IMG/VR virus record: IMGVR_UViG_3300044710_000061
Span: 1 to 59,819 of that record
Strand: one strand, 5' to 3'
Source: a virus
Taxonomy: Duplodnaviria > Caudoviricetes
DNA: 59,819 nucleotides
The notes below the pieces were generated by a model, which ran no database searches, had not been told where the DNA came from, and was given only the letters and a program-made list of their open reading frames with translations. Made by a program: the position numbers and the translations under genes. Below, piece after piece: positions 27,177-36,736 of the stretch. Position 1 is the first letter of the stretch. Each line of letters opens with the position of its first letter.

Positions 27177-29416
27177 TCTGCTGAACTGCTTTCGTTGCTA
27201 ATCGTGGCCTCATTGGCCTGCTGAATCGTATTGTAGATGTGCTCCCGCGCGCCTTGATCGATCTCATGGAAGCGCTGGCGGGCGCTCTCAGCCACTTCAT
27301 GGTCCAATTGCTCGCGCTGCGCGGGCGTAAGGATGATTTTCGATAGCGCCTCGACCGTAGCATGCAGGCTATCGCTATCCGCCCGCATTCGCTCCGTCTG
27401 CGCCTTGAAAGCCTCGATATCGCGCCGCTCGTCTTTGCCGCGAACCTTCAATTTCTCGTCCGCAAGCTTGGTTATGAGCTCAGAATTCATGGCCGTTAGT
27501 GCCTGCAGCTGCTGCTTTAGCGCCGCCAGCTGCGGATTTGCGTCTTCATCGAACAAATACGGCTTTGTGGCCTTCAATTCCTTCTGGAAACGCTCTTTTA
27601 GCTCCTCAGCACCCGCAAAATCGCTAAATTTGAAGAAAATATCGGCAATTAAGGCTGTCAATTCCTTGTTGGCCTGCATGATCTGCGCCATAGCGTTGAA
27701 GGTCTCTTCACGCTTGGTCGCGAAATCAGGCCCAGGATCGGAAATGACCTCGAATTCGCCCACTCCTGGGTTAAACGAGATGCGGGCTGCCTCACCCTCC
27801 TCCTGAACCTTCGCAAGCTCCCTAACTGCCTCCTGCTGATCAGGGTCAACATGCACCCAAGCACGCTTGCCCATCTCATCTTCGATCTGGAGAACGCGCC
27901 TGGTATCGTAAATCTTCGGAATCAGGTCTAGCAGTTGAACCCCGACAAACCGCTTCATATCCTTCATGTGCTCTACGAAGTGGTATGTGGCGGTGTCGCC
28001 CTGCTCCTGGCGCTCGTTGATGGCCTTACCGGACGATGCCGACTGCTGATCGTCTTCGCCAAGCTGGGCCTGGAACTGACCGGACACCATCATCATGTGT
28101 CGCTCGGCATCCTCACCGACCTTTATCCACCCAGGTGACGGCGTCGGCGGGTCTATTCTCTGCGGAGGCGGCACTGGCTGGTCAGGATGCTCGTCATCAA
28201 TGTCTTGCCAGGTTAGAACCGCATAATTCTTGATGTTGGCGTCTTTCCACTGCTCTTGACCTTCTGTACCACGAGCCGGAACCAACCATTGACTCTTAAC
28301 CGCACTGGCTACGTGCTCTACGGTACACGAGGCGGCATAGTTCAGCATACGCTGTGCATCGATAAGCGGGCGAGTATGCCCTTTCCGATCTAGCGTTTTG
28401 TCGATAATGACTTCGAGACCGACGGCTTTGGCTATAGGAATATATTTCCCAGCCCAATCTCCCTTGTCTATGACGGTATCGCCGGCAATCAGGAACCATT
28501 CGACCTTGTCGTTTGTAACCTTGCGCGTCCCGCCGTCGATCTCACCATTTTTGATCTGCTCTTGCAGAGCCTTGTAGATGTCCGTCTTGCTCTCATCGCC
28601 GCGGATTTCTTCCAACAACTCAGACCGGAGCCAATGCTGGGCCTCTTTGCCTGGCTCCTGCCACCAGATGTACAGGTCGGGGGACTCACGCTTGCGATAA
28701 TATTTGACGATTGTGATACTTTTGTCGGTCAGCCATGCCGCCATCTCCGTATTGAGAGGAGCTGACCCTATCTTGTTCTTCCACTTAGGATATTTCCGGT
28801 TGAACTCTCGGCGGGACATCTCCTCAAAGATAAATCCGTAGTTTGCATCAGATCCGTCGGGCTCAGTACTCCATCGATCGAGATAGACACCTGTAGGATC
28901 ACGTGCGGCTCTAAAGTAAATGTCTTGGTCATTGGATTTATTGGAGACGTACCTCGTCTCGAGAACCACATAGCCAATACCACCATCGACCTGCTGTTCC
29001 GCTACCTTCCGAAATTGTGCCGTGGAATTGGACTGATAGTTGATCCGTCGTATCAGGTTCATCCTGACCTTAGCCGCCTCATAGCTAGCATCGCCACTGG
29101 TCGGCCGCACCATCACCCCAAGACCAGACTTACTCATCTGGTTGATAATGATGTCGTTGTGAACCCTGGTCTTGTTGATGGTTAGCGACGGAAGCTCGCT
29201 TTGCCCGCCAGTGCGCTCTTGATAAATCTTGTCCGGCCATTGCCAAGCGTTCCGAGAATCACCATTGGAGAACTTGATATCGGAGCGGGTGCGCTCGTCA
29301 GTATCGCCCTGCCAATTCTTGATCTCGTTCCACCGCTCGTTGGCCTCGGTAACGACGTCCCTTTCTGTCTCTTTACCGGTCGGTTCGTCATCCGCCGGCG
29401 TGGAGTCAAAGAGCAT
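27173..29416 (-). CDS. Portal protein, P22 gp1-like
   Basis: LTINKT, DAQRMLNY, SGKAINERQEQGD and GPDFATKREE motifs. Confidence 0.9.
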   Translation of the reverse strand: MLFDSTPADDEPTGKETERDVVTEANERWNEIKNWQGDTDERTRSDIKFSNGDSRNAWQWPDKIYQERTGGQSELPSLTINKTRVHNDIIINQMSKSGLGVMVRPTSGDASYEAAKVRMNLIRRINYQSNSTAQFRKVAEQQVDGGIGYVVLETRYVSNKSNDQDIYFRAARDPTGVYLDRWSTEPDGSDANYGFIFEEMSRREFNRKYPKWKNKIGSAPLNTEMAAWLTDKSITIVKYYRKRESPDLYIWWQEPGKEAQHWLRSELLEEIRGDESKTDIYKALQEQIKNGEIDGGTRKVTNDKVEWFLIAGDTVIDKGDWAGKYIPIAKAVGLEVIIDKTLDRKGHTRPLIDAQRMLNYAASCTVEHVASAVKSQWLVPARGTEGQEQWKDANIKNYAVLTWQDIDDEHPDQPVPPPQRIDPPTPSPGWIKVGEDAERHMMMVSGQFQAQLGEDDQQSASSGKAINERQEQGDTATYHFVEHMKDMKRFVGVQLLDLIPKIYDTRRVLQIEDEMGKRAWVHVDPDQQEAVRELAKVQEEGEAARISFNPGVGEFEVISDPGPDFATKREETFNAMAQIMQANKELTALIADIFFKFSDFAGAEELKERFQKELKATKPYLFDEDANPQLAALKQQLQALTAMNSELITKLADEKLKVRGKDERRDIEAFKAQTERMRADSDSLHATVEALSKIILTPAQREQLDHEVAESARQRFHEIDQGAREHIYNTIQQANEATISNESSSAE

Positions 29417-30880
29417 TTACCGGCCTAGCCACCCTGTACCGCGATCAGCTCCGCCGCGGTTGACTTCAATCACGGGAATGCGAGGAGCCCGTGGAATGAC
29501 TTTATCCATTATCTCACGGTGCCCGCAGGCGAATGTCCGCAGCGCATCGGCGGCATGCGACGCAAAGTCATGCAACGGCGCATCACGGAATGCTTGTAGC
29601 TTATCGTTCCATTCCCGGCGATACGAGCGCAGGCAGTTCAATCCTTGCTCGCATCTGGATTCGTCAATCCAGGCTTGGTCAAGGACTTGCCGTACTGCGT
29701 TAATCCCGTCATTGACGTTGGAGACGGGTACCACGACGGGCGTAATTCGTAATCCCCTGAGAGTATCGACACGCGATTTCCCCTGATTGCCAAGCTCTCG
29801 GTGGGCGACATCATGGGGGAAGTAGTGTCGGCCATAGACCCATCCATGCTTGACTGATTTCTGGTCGAGAACACGCGCGTACTCATCAAGACCGACCCCT
29901 GATCCTTCGTGGTAATCCACGAGACGAAATTCTCGCCCAACCCTTTGGATGAACCAAATCGCCGTAGAATCCGATATGCCAAGATCCCATGCCGTATGCA
30001 CAGGGACAGTGCGGTCCACCGGGATATTGCCAATGCGTCCTTCCCTTTGTGCCCGCGTCAGATACGCGCCGTAGTAGCTGCCAACAAAGGCGCCTTCGAA
30101 CGAGCAATAATACTCCTGCTCAAAAAAGGCTTTGCCATCATCCACCCCATAAAGCTTCTGATTCTCCCGAAGCTCGGTGGCAAGCTCTTCATCCGTAAAT
30201 ACGCCGGTATCGGCAACCGTCAGAAGCTGGGCAAACCACGTTGGATCCTGTCGGGCCATGTCGTAAGTTTTACGGGCATGGTTAGACCCCCGAGGCGTGG
30301 TCTCGTAAATCACCCAGCCTTTCGATTCCGCGAGGATGGGTCGGAGGAACGCGTCAGCCTTCGGATCAGCCAAGGCCCATTCGCTAAACACAATGCCAGC
30401 AGGAGTAGAGCCGACAAGAGAGTTATAATTGTCAGACCCAACAAGTCTCCAAGTACTTCCATTCTTGAATCTTATCATCATGTCCGCATCACGCGTGCGG
30501 TCCCGTATCTCAAGCGGGAAAGCCTGGTCAATACGGCGCTCTCCGGTGTGGGGAGACACAGCGTCCCAGATTGCCTTGCGGGCTTGGGACTGCTCCGGAA
30601 GCATGTGCCAATAGTCACCCACGCGCTTCTGGGAAGCAATCGCAGCCCAATGCAGGCTGACGTCATCCTTACCGGACCGGCGGTGCCAGATGATGCATGC
30701 CCGCTTGCCGCCATTGTTTAGATAATTCCAAACTGGCAGCTGATACCGGCGCGGCTCCCAATTGTTGGGCAACCGCACCTCACCAGGTCGAGTAAGACCA
30801 AGGATACGGTCTAGCTCAGCCTTCTCGGCGTGCGTAAGAGACTTTATTAGCTCTACCGGGTCGGCGTCAGCTAGTTGCAC
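29417..30880 (-). CDS. terL: Terminase large subunit
   Basis: WHRRSGKD Walker A, FSEW Walker B, TTPRG, WDLGISDST and SHAADALR nuclease motifs. Confidence 0.95.
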   Translation of the reverse strand: MQLADADPVELIKSLTHAEKAELDRILGLTRPGEVRLPNNWEPRRYQLPVWNYLNNGGKRACIIWHRRSGKDDVSLHWAAIASQKRVGDYWHMLPEQSQARKAIWDAVSPHTGERRIDQAFPLEIRDRTRDADMMIRFKNGSTWRLVGSDNYNSLVGSTPAGIVFSEWALADPKADAFLRPILAESKGWVIYETTPRGSNHARKTYDMARQDPTWFAQLLTVADTGVFTDEELATELRENQKLYGVDDGKAFFEQEYYCSFEGAFVGSYYGAYLTRAQREGRIGNIPVDRTVPVHTAWDLGISDSTAIWFIQRVGREFRLVDYHEGSGVGLDEYARVLDQKSVKHGWVYGRHYFPHDVAHRELGNQGKSRVDTLRGLRITPVVVPVSNVNDGINAVRQVLDQAWIDESRCEQGLNCLRSYRREWNDKLQAFRDAPLHDFASHAADALRTFACGHREIMDKVIPRAPRIPVIEVNRGGADRGTGWLGR

Positions 30881-31140
30881 GTACGCCCCATAGTGAAATT
30901 AGCCGGCATAGATACTTCCGGGTTCTGGAACGTCCAGCACTGACCGCCTTGGTTCATAAACACCACCCAAAGCAGATGATGTTCCGGGCCATAGTCGATC
31001 ACCAGATACGCCAGGCCATCGCCCTTGGAGGTCTTCAAGGGCAACGGCGGGTTGAGCTGAAGCATCACTCGCTGTGCCAGCCGTTCTTGATAGCAAGAAC
31101 CAACAGGTGCTCTTTCTGCCGCTCGGCTAATGGCAGTCAC
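30871..31140 (-). CDS. Hypothetical protein
   Basis: QLNPPLP...IDYGPEHHLLWVV...CWT pattern. Confidence 0.55.
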   Translation of the reverse strand: MTAISRAAERAPVGSCYQERLAQRVMLQLNPPLPLKTSKGDGLAYLVIDYGPEHHLLWVVFMNQGGQCWTFQNPEVSMPANFTMGRTCN

Positions 31141-31301
31141 CGAGGCATCGGTACAGGCCCTTCAGGAGCCTTCGCTGGCTTGGTGCCGCCAGGATCGGAC
31201 TTGCCGGAAGCGGAAGGCTTCTGCGTGCCCTGACCGGACTGGCAATTGAGAGCCATTGAGGTGCCCATAATGCCTTTCACTGAACCGATATCGTCTGCCA
31301 T
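31137..31301 (-). CDS. 54-aa hypothetical protein (MADDIGSVKG...)
   Basis: Strong AAAGGAG SD; translated by hand. Confidence 0.5.
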   Translation of the reverse strand: MADDIGSVKGIMGTSMALNCQSGQGTQKPSASGKSDPGGTKPAKAPEGPVPMPR

Positions 31302-31329
31302 GGTAGTTCTCCTTTCTAGAGGTCACTTG

Positions 31330-34158
31330 TCAGCACAGAGCTGCCGGTATCGTTCCGATCGCCAATAGATAGGCGTCGATAAAATGACAGGTCTGGGCAA
31401 CCTGTGTTGCCGTTAGATTGTTCCCAATGGTTGCTGCAGCAATCTGCAGAGCCGTCCCAAATCCAGCGGTGCCTGCCATATTGGCCGCCAGTATGTAGAT
31501 GTTCTCATCAGTCATCGCTGGCATGTTCGTGTAAGTATATGCAAACGCACCGTTCATATAAGTCGATATTGTAGAGCCAGACAGCGTCGTCAGAAAATTT
31601 CCCACCGACGTCGCGGGATGCGTTGCAGACAGTGGAAACCCAAAATTCGTGTTGTTCACGTTCGAGAAATAATTGATGCCGCCTGTCCCAGACGGAAAGC
31701 TAGGAGTGATGTTGGTTATACCTGCAGGAAACGGCGGGCCTCCGCCCTGTGCCCCCATGGCAAAGCCACCGGTATTAGTCGATATCGTATTGGTCAGGCT
31801 CCGTAAGGAAATATGAGCGGCATTAAGAGAGAAATTACCCGCCGCGGCGTTGGGACTAAAGCCTGTATCAATGAAAACCGTAGTGCTGCTATCAACTCCA
31901 ATATAGCCATGATTGGCCGTGAACACTGGGCTTCCATTCGGAATGGCCGTAAAGCTAGTAGAACAGAGGTTGAAGTTTGCTAGCGTGGAGTTGACCGTCG
32001 CAAAAATATAGAAAACGTCAAATGTGGTGCCGCACCAAATGCCATCATTCACCATACCGCAAATAAGATTCGAGTAGGCGTCGTGATGCACTCGATCAAG
32101 GCTCGCAACACCGCCTGCCCTGGCAAGGAACGCCGTTGCCTGAGAACAGGTGAGCGGAGGAGGCGGCTCCAGGTAGTTGAGGAAACCAATCTGGCCGGCA
32201 AAGTCCTGTGGTGTACCAATGAAGTTCGTCAGCCTGATGCCCCCCGTCTGATAGGCTCCTGCGTCTGTCGTTTGCCTGGGAAGAAAGGCAAAAGAGTGCG
32301 GGAAGGCATAGTTGATCGCAGGCGATGCAGGGAATTGCAGATGCAAATTCCCCATAATCAAACTTGATTCGTCCATAAACAGAGGATCGACATCGCCCTT
32401 GTTATTGACGGGCTGCCAGAAGCCGATGTCACCATTGAATAAGGCGACGCACGTTCCGCCTACAGCCGGTCCGAAGACAACATTGTTGAACCATTTGGTT
32501 CCTACGTCAGTGCCCCTTCCGTCACCCGCCACAACGCAGAAATTGCACGGAACGCCGGAGAAATTGCAGTCCGTCACGAGGTTCTGAGTGGCGAAGGCCG
32601 CGTTGCTGTACCAACTATTGTTATTCCCACCCGCCTCGCTCAGTTCTCCTATAGCGCCAGCCAGAAACAGATCGAGGCCATCGTGATAAAATGAGTTGTT
32701 GGCTGTCGTAACGTAATTGACGCCAAAGTTATGCATCCCACGGCCGCCGTTGAACTGCACATCGTTGAAGCTGACTAACGTCTGATGGTCTGGATAGTTG
32801 TAGGGATCGGTTCCGGTACCTCCGCATGGCGTTCCGCACCATGTATCGTTGATGATGCCATTGCCGTCCGTATGTCCCGCACCGGGGGCGATGAAGTTCA
32901 AACTCGCCCCAGACTGTGTCGTGAGTGTCGGACGCGTCACCGTGGCTGTATTGCCGGTTATGGAGCTGATATACGTGAACGGTTGGACGCCGGGTCCGGT
33001 AATGAGAACGCCTTCCCCAAGTGTAGTCGATGTCAGCGCGCCGCTGAATCCGGTCGGATAGACAACGCTTATGAAATAAGTGCCATTTCCGCCCGTACCG
33101 GTGGTTCCACCCGTCCCGTACGGATAGATAAACGTAGTCTGGAATGTTCCAGCGCCGAAAATCTGGTCGCCTGGCGAGATGGTGCCCGTGATCCCGGTCA
33201 CTGTCAGAATCTGCATCCCAGAAGATATGGACCCCGTAAAGCTCGCCGAGGTACCAAGACTGGCAATGTTGTCTATCGTCGTCGAGCTGTGGGTGTTTGC
33301 TGTCGTTACGAACGTGTTGAGAATGCCAAGGCACACCGTGCAACCATTGTTAAATACACGGTTCCAGGACATCATATTGGTGAACGGAGCGAAGGCGAGA
33401 TCGGCTGTAGTCGGCGTATATGGCGGATATGGATTGAGGTTATCGCCGAGACGCTTGAGAGCAACCAGACCTATACCAGAGCCTTCAAACTGATCCGTAA
33501 ACGCGCAATCCGACGCGTTATTATGGATCATGAAGAAATATTCGCTGTCACTCAGACCGATGCAGCCAATGCCGCATCCGTGCACATTGTTGTTTAGAAT
33601 CCAGATGTGATGTCCGGTTCCGCCGAGATCATTTAGGCCTGCATCAAAGCAGGCCGTAGCGATCCCGCCATACATGAACTGCTCGCCGCCATCGACGTCG
33701 AAACCGTCAATGATGAAATATGGCTTGGTGAAGCCGATCACCGCCTGTCCGTTGGACCCCATAAAGATTCCATCGAACAGAATGAAGCATTGGTCGAGTA
33801 CTTCGCAGCGATAAGTTACGTACCCGGTAGGAGAAGCCTGATTCCCACCATTCTGCGGGATAAAAGCCTGCGTCCACGTATAGGTGCCCGGCGCAACGTT
33901 TATACAGTCTCCGGGAGACCGCGGATTGGCATCAGCGTGCTGGATTGTCTTCCACGCCGTGCCAGAGCTCAGGCCATTATTCGCGTCGTTGCCGGTCGTC
34001 CCGTTTACGAAATAGGACACCGAGCAGGTATATAGCAGCCCAATGCCGCCGCTATAAGTCTGATTGGCAAAAGCCTCCGGACTAGGCCCAGGAGCCTCAG
34101 CAAAAGCTGAGACAATCGACAGCAGCAATGTGACTGTGAAGGCGATTATAGGTTGCAC
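31330..34158 (-). CDS. Exported beta-helix (pectin-lyase-like) protein with a C-terminal lectin-like domain
   Basis: Signal peptide ending AFA|E; YFVNGTTGNDANNG...AWKTIQHA...PGDCINVAPGTY; many Cys. Confidence 0.75.
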   Translation of the reverse strand: MQPIIAFTVTLLLSIVSAFAEAPGPSPEAFANQTYSGGIGLLYTCSVSYFVNGTTGNDANNGLSSGTAWKTIQHADANPRSPGDCINVAPGTYTWTQAFIPQNGGNQASPTGYVTYRCEVLDQCFILFDGIFMGSNGQAVIGFTKPYFIIDGFDVDGGEQFMYGGIATACFDAGLNDLGGTGHHIWILNNNVHGCGIGCIGLSDSEYFFMIHNNASDCAFTDQFEGSGIGLVALKRLGDNLNPYPPYTPTTADLAFAPFTNMMSWNRVFNNGCTVCLGILNTFVTTANTHSSTTIDNIASLGTSASFTGSISSGMQILTVTGITGTISPGDQIFGAGTFQTTFIYPYGTGGTTGTGGNGTYFISVVYPTGFSGALTSTTLGEGVLITGPGVQPFTYISSITGNTATVTRPTLTTQSGASLNFIAPGAGHTDGNGIINDTWCGTPCGGTGTDPYNYPDHQTLVSFNDVQFNGGRGMHNFGVNYVTTANNSFYHDGLDLFLAGAIGELSEAGGNNNSWYSNAAFATQNLVTDCNFSGVPCNFCVVAGDGRGTDVGTKWFNNVVFGPAVGGTCVALFNGDIGFWQPVNNKGDVDPLFMDESSLIMGNLHLQFPASPAINYAFPHSFAFLPRQTTDAGAYQTGGIRLTNFIGTPQDFAGQIGFLNYLEPPPPLTCSQATAFLARAGGVASLDRVHHDAYSNLICGMVNDGIWCGTTFDVFYIFATVNSTLANFNLCSTSFTAIPNGSPVFTANHGYIGVDSSTTVFIDTGFSPNAAAGNFSLNAAHISLRSLTNTISTNTGGFAMGAQGGGPPFPAGITNITPSFPSGTGGINYFSNVNNTNFGFPLSATHPATSVGNFLTTLSGSTISTYMNGAFAYTYTNMPAMTDENIYILAANMAGTAGFGTALQIAAATIGNNLTATQVAQTCHFIDAYLLAIGTIPAALC

Positions 34159-35993
34159 GGCTTCGTCACCAAATCGACCCGCTCAAACAAATTTGTCCCG
34201 TCATACCAGAGTGGAACGATTCCCTTCAGGCGAGAAGGATACAGATTGAATATCGCACCGCTGCTAACGCACGTGACGGAGGGCAGCTGATAGCCCTTTC
34301 CAGCGCAGTGAGTGCAGCTAGGCGTGAGATCGGAAATGACCGAGGGCGTCGTTAACGTGCTCGTGTTGGCGTTCCAGCCCATACATCCGGTTACTACGAT
34401 GAAACCTGCGCAGTTCGGCGCCCCCGACTGATTTGCCAGCAGGTCCGTCGTATTCGTGAAACCCGGGCTTCCGGTGAAGTTCGTACCGGCAGAAGCTCCG
34501 TTGAACAGGCACTCGTCATTGCCTGACATTGGCGCATTCAAAATGTTCTCGTTCCCCGTGGTTCCGATCGTAATATTGGCCAGCGAGGACGGTCCGCTCA
34601 TTCCACCCAGCAAAAGACCGCAGGTGTTGCTCTGCGCCGCATCGGCAATGTTGTTAATAACGAGGAACGTAGGCGCGCCGGGGTTGTCCATCTGGATGTT
34701 GATGTCGCCCTGGCCGCCAACATTGCTTGTATTGGCGTTGAAGCTGGTGTTGTTCTCCACGAAGTCGTGCAGCGCGCCAACGTTATTGAAGTTCTGCATA
34801 AAAATCTGGATTCCGAACCGATAGGCGCTCCAGCTGATGTTGTTGAGCATCACAGACTGGTTGACGACTCCATGGGCATCCCATGTGTCGAACATGAAGT
34901 TCTCAATGTCCGAAGCGCACCCATTATTTGGCTGATTGTAAGAAAACCCGCCGTACATCATAAAGTGTGTGCCGACATTCGAGTCTATCGAAGCAGGACC
35001 GGCCATAACGGTCGCAGCAGTGCAAACTGTGTTCTGCTCGGAATTCTGAGTGATGTTGGCAATGTAGTAGGTATAGTCAAAGCCTGTGGCGCCTGGAACG
35101 TCGTGGCTCATTCCGTTGTCGAGGCCACCAAGCCCTATCCCGACATTGAAGATCACGTTGTTAATAAACGCTATGTCATGAACCGTTGCGGCTGACCCAT
35201 CGGCCACCATGGCCCCAGTGCCAGAATTCCCGTGTACTTGCCAGCCTTCAACCGCCCAATTGCTAGATGTCACGTCCATGGCCCAGCCGGCGCCGGTAAA
35301 CGTAATGTTGCAGGAGGTGAGATCGCTTCCGCCGCACAAAAGCACCGCGAAATACACGCCTCCGGTTCCATCAATGCCGCCAGACGTCGATGGGCAATTG
35401 GAGATGGTGCCGAAATTTCCAAACCCGTTCCCTGAATAATTGCCTGCGCTGGCTATAATCACGTCTCCGCAGCTCAAGGCGTGATTTGGACTAGCCCATG
35501 GTCCGTGACCGCCCCCGCTCGTCGGGGCAAGGCCATCGTTTGAATCGCTGCCGCTCGTGGATATGTAATGAAGCACATGGCTGGTCGGCAGGCTAAACGC
35601 AACATTGCCGCTGCTCGATGTGAATGTCGTGCTTGGCGATGTCGCTGACGCGGTATTCGATCCGGTTCCGGTTACTGCCAGCGTTCCCGTGCATGCGCTT
35701 GCTGGTGTCGTAAACGTAGCGCTCCAAGTTCCACCACTTGCTGAGAACCCACTTACCGTGGACGAGCCCGAGCAACCACCGCCATATGTGGCGGCCGTCA
35801 ACCCGGATGGAGCGGCCACCGTGTATGTGCCGCTACCGCTGGTCGTGGATGACGTGCTCGCATTGGTAAGAGACGTGAAAGCCAATGTGGGACTAGACGA
35901 CGCCGTCTGGTTCAGACTTCCCTGGAAAAATGCCTGCGGATATGCCGAACCAGTCAACAAGCAAAATGCTAGCGTTACCAAAAACCTTAGCAT
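34146..35993 (-). CDS. Exported beta-helix protein with a Ser/Thr-rich N-terminal domain
   Basis: Signal peptide; YISTSGSDSNDG...PW...CGDVII motif; many Cys. Confidence 0.7.
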   Translation of the reverse strand: MLRFLVTLAFCLLTGSAYPQAFFQGSLNQTASSSPTLAFTSLTNASTSSTTSGSGTYTVAAPSGLTAATYGGGCSGSSTVSGFSASGGTWSATFTTPASACTGTLAVTGTGSNTASATSPSTTFTSSSGNVAFSLPTSHVLHYISTSGSDSNDGLAPTSGGGHGPWASPNHALSCGDVIIASAGNYSGNGFGNFGTISNCPSTSGGIDGTGGVYFAVLLCGGSDLTSCNITFTGAGWAMDVTSSNWAVEGWQVHGNSGTGAMVADGSAATVHDIAFINNVIFNVGIGLGGLDNGMSHDVPGATGFDYTYYIANITQNSEQNTVCTAATVMAGPASIDSNVGTHFMMYGGFSYNQPNNGCASDIENFMFDTWDAHGVVNQSVMLNNISWSAYRFGIQIFMQNFNNVGALHDFVENNTSFNANTSNVGGQGDINIQMDNPGAPTFLVINNIADAAQSNTCGLLLGGMSGPSSLANITIGTTGNENILNAPMSGNDECLFNGASAGTNFTGSPGFTNTTDLLANQSGAPNCAGFIVVTGCMGWNANTSTLTTPSVISDLTPSCTHCAGKGYQLPSVTCVSSGAIFNLYPSRLKGIVPLWYDGTNLFERVDLVTKPCNL

Positions 35994-36736
35994 CCAACCC
36001 CCAGCAAAGACCTATTCGCAAGACACGTAACGGCGCCTGGTACCTTCAGCGTAATGGCCCAAGCGTCAAAAGCGCCGCTTCCCTGCGTCGCGGTCGCCGT
36101 GATCGACGCAGTGGTAGACGTCACTATGTGCTCGGAGAAATTTCCGTTCGTCGTCAGGCCATTCCCCGATGCGCCGTCGGGAGTCCAGCCAGCTCCTTGG
36201 CTGTTGGCCGCAGCACCGACGTTGGATATCAAATATCCAAGCCCTATCTCGGTAGAAGAGGCCAGCGTACCCGTCGCGCCGCTACTCATTGCAGTTCCGG
36301 TCGTACCACCAGCTTCAACAGCCTTGTCGAAGGACGGCGTAGTCATGCCGGTGATTTCCCAGCATACTATCTCGGTAAAGCTGCCTGGCGTGGCTGAAAA
36401 ATGAGCTGTGAATGTCGTGACGCCCGTGGTCACCGTGAAAAAGGCGGCCATAGCGCTGCTGCCGACATTGCCGATAATCGTGCCCTTAGATGAATTAGTC
36501 GGAGTATCGCTGCTGCCATCGGTAAACGTAATCGATGTGACGGTGCCGCCGTTCGAATCGGAATTGGCTCCACAAGCGACAACACTGCCGGCAAGCGTGG
36601 CGGTTAGCGTGACCGCACGCGTTGCCGCGCCAGCGCCACCAGCCGTCTTGAATTGACGGACCGCAATGACTGCCTCGGCATTGGTGGCGCCGAGCAGAAC
36701 AGAGATAAGGCAGGCTAGTCTAAGTAGGCGCGTCAT
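35987..36736 (-). CDS. Exported beta-sandwich protein
   Basis: Start MTRLLRLACLISVLLGATNAEA|V with ATGA overlap; ends RSLLGVGC. Confidence 0.7.
   Translation of the reverse strand: MTRLLRLACLISVLLGATNAEAVIAVRQFKTAGGAGAATRAVTLTATLAGSVVACGANSDSNGGTVTSITFTDGSSDTPTNSSKGTIIGNVGSSAMAAFFTVTTGVTTFTAHFSATPGSFTEIVCWEITGMTTPSFDKAVEAGGTTGTAMSSGATGTLASSTEIGLGYLISNVGAAANSQGAGWTPDGASGNGLTTNGNFSEHIVTSTTASITATATQGSGAFDAWAITLKVPGAVTCLANRSLLGVGC

Noticed and set aside
29909-30721. Long plus-strand ORFs opposite terL, coat and fibre genes (also 23014-23670 and 32785-33597)
   Set aside because: They are antisense shadows of GC-rich coding genes and have no recognisable motifs.
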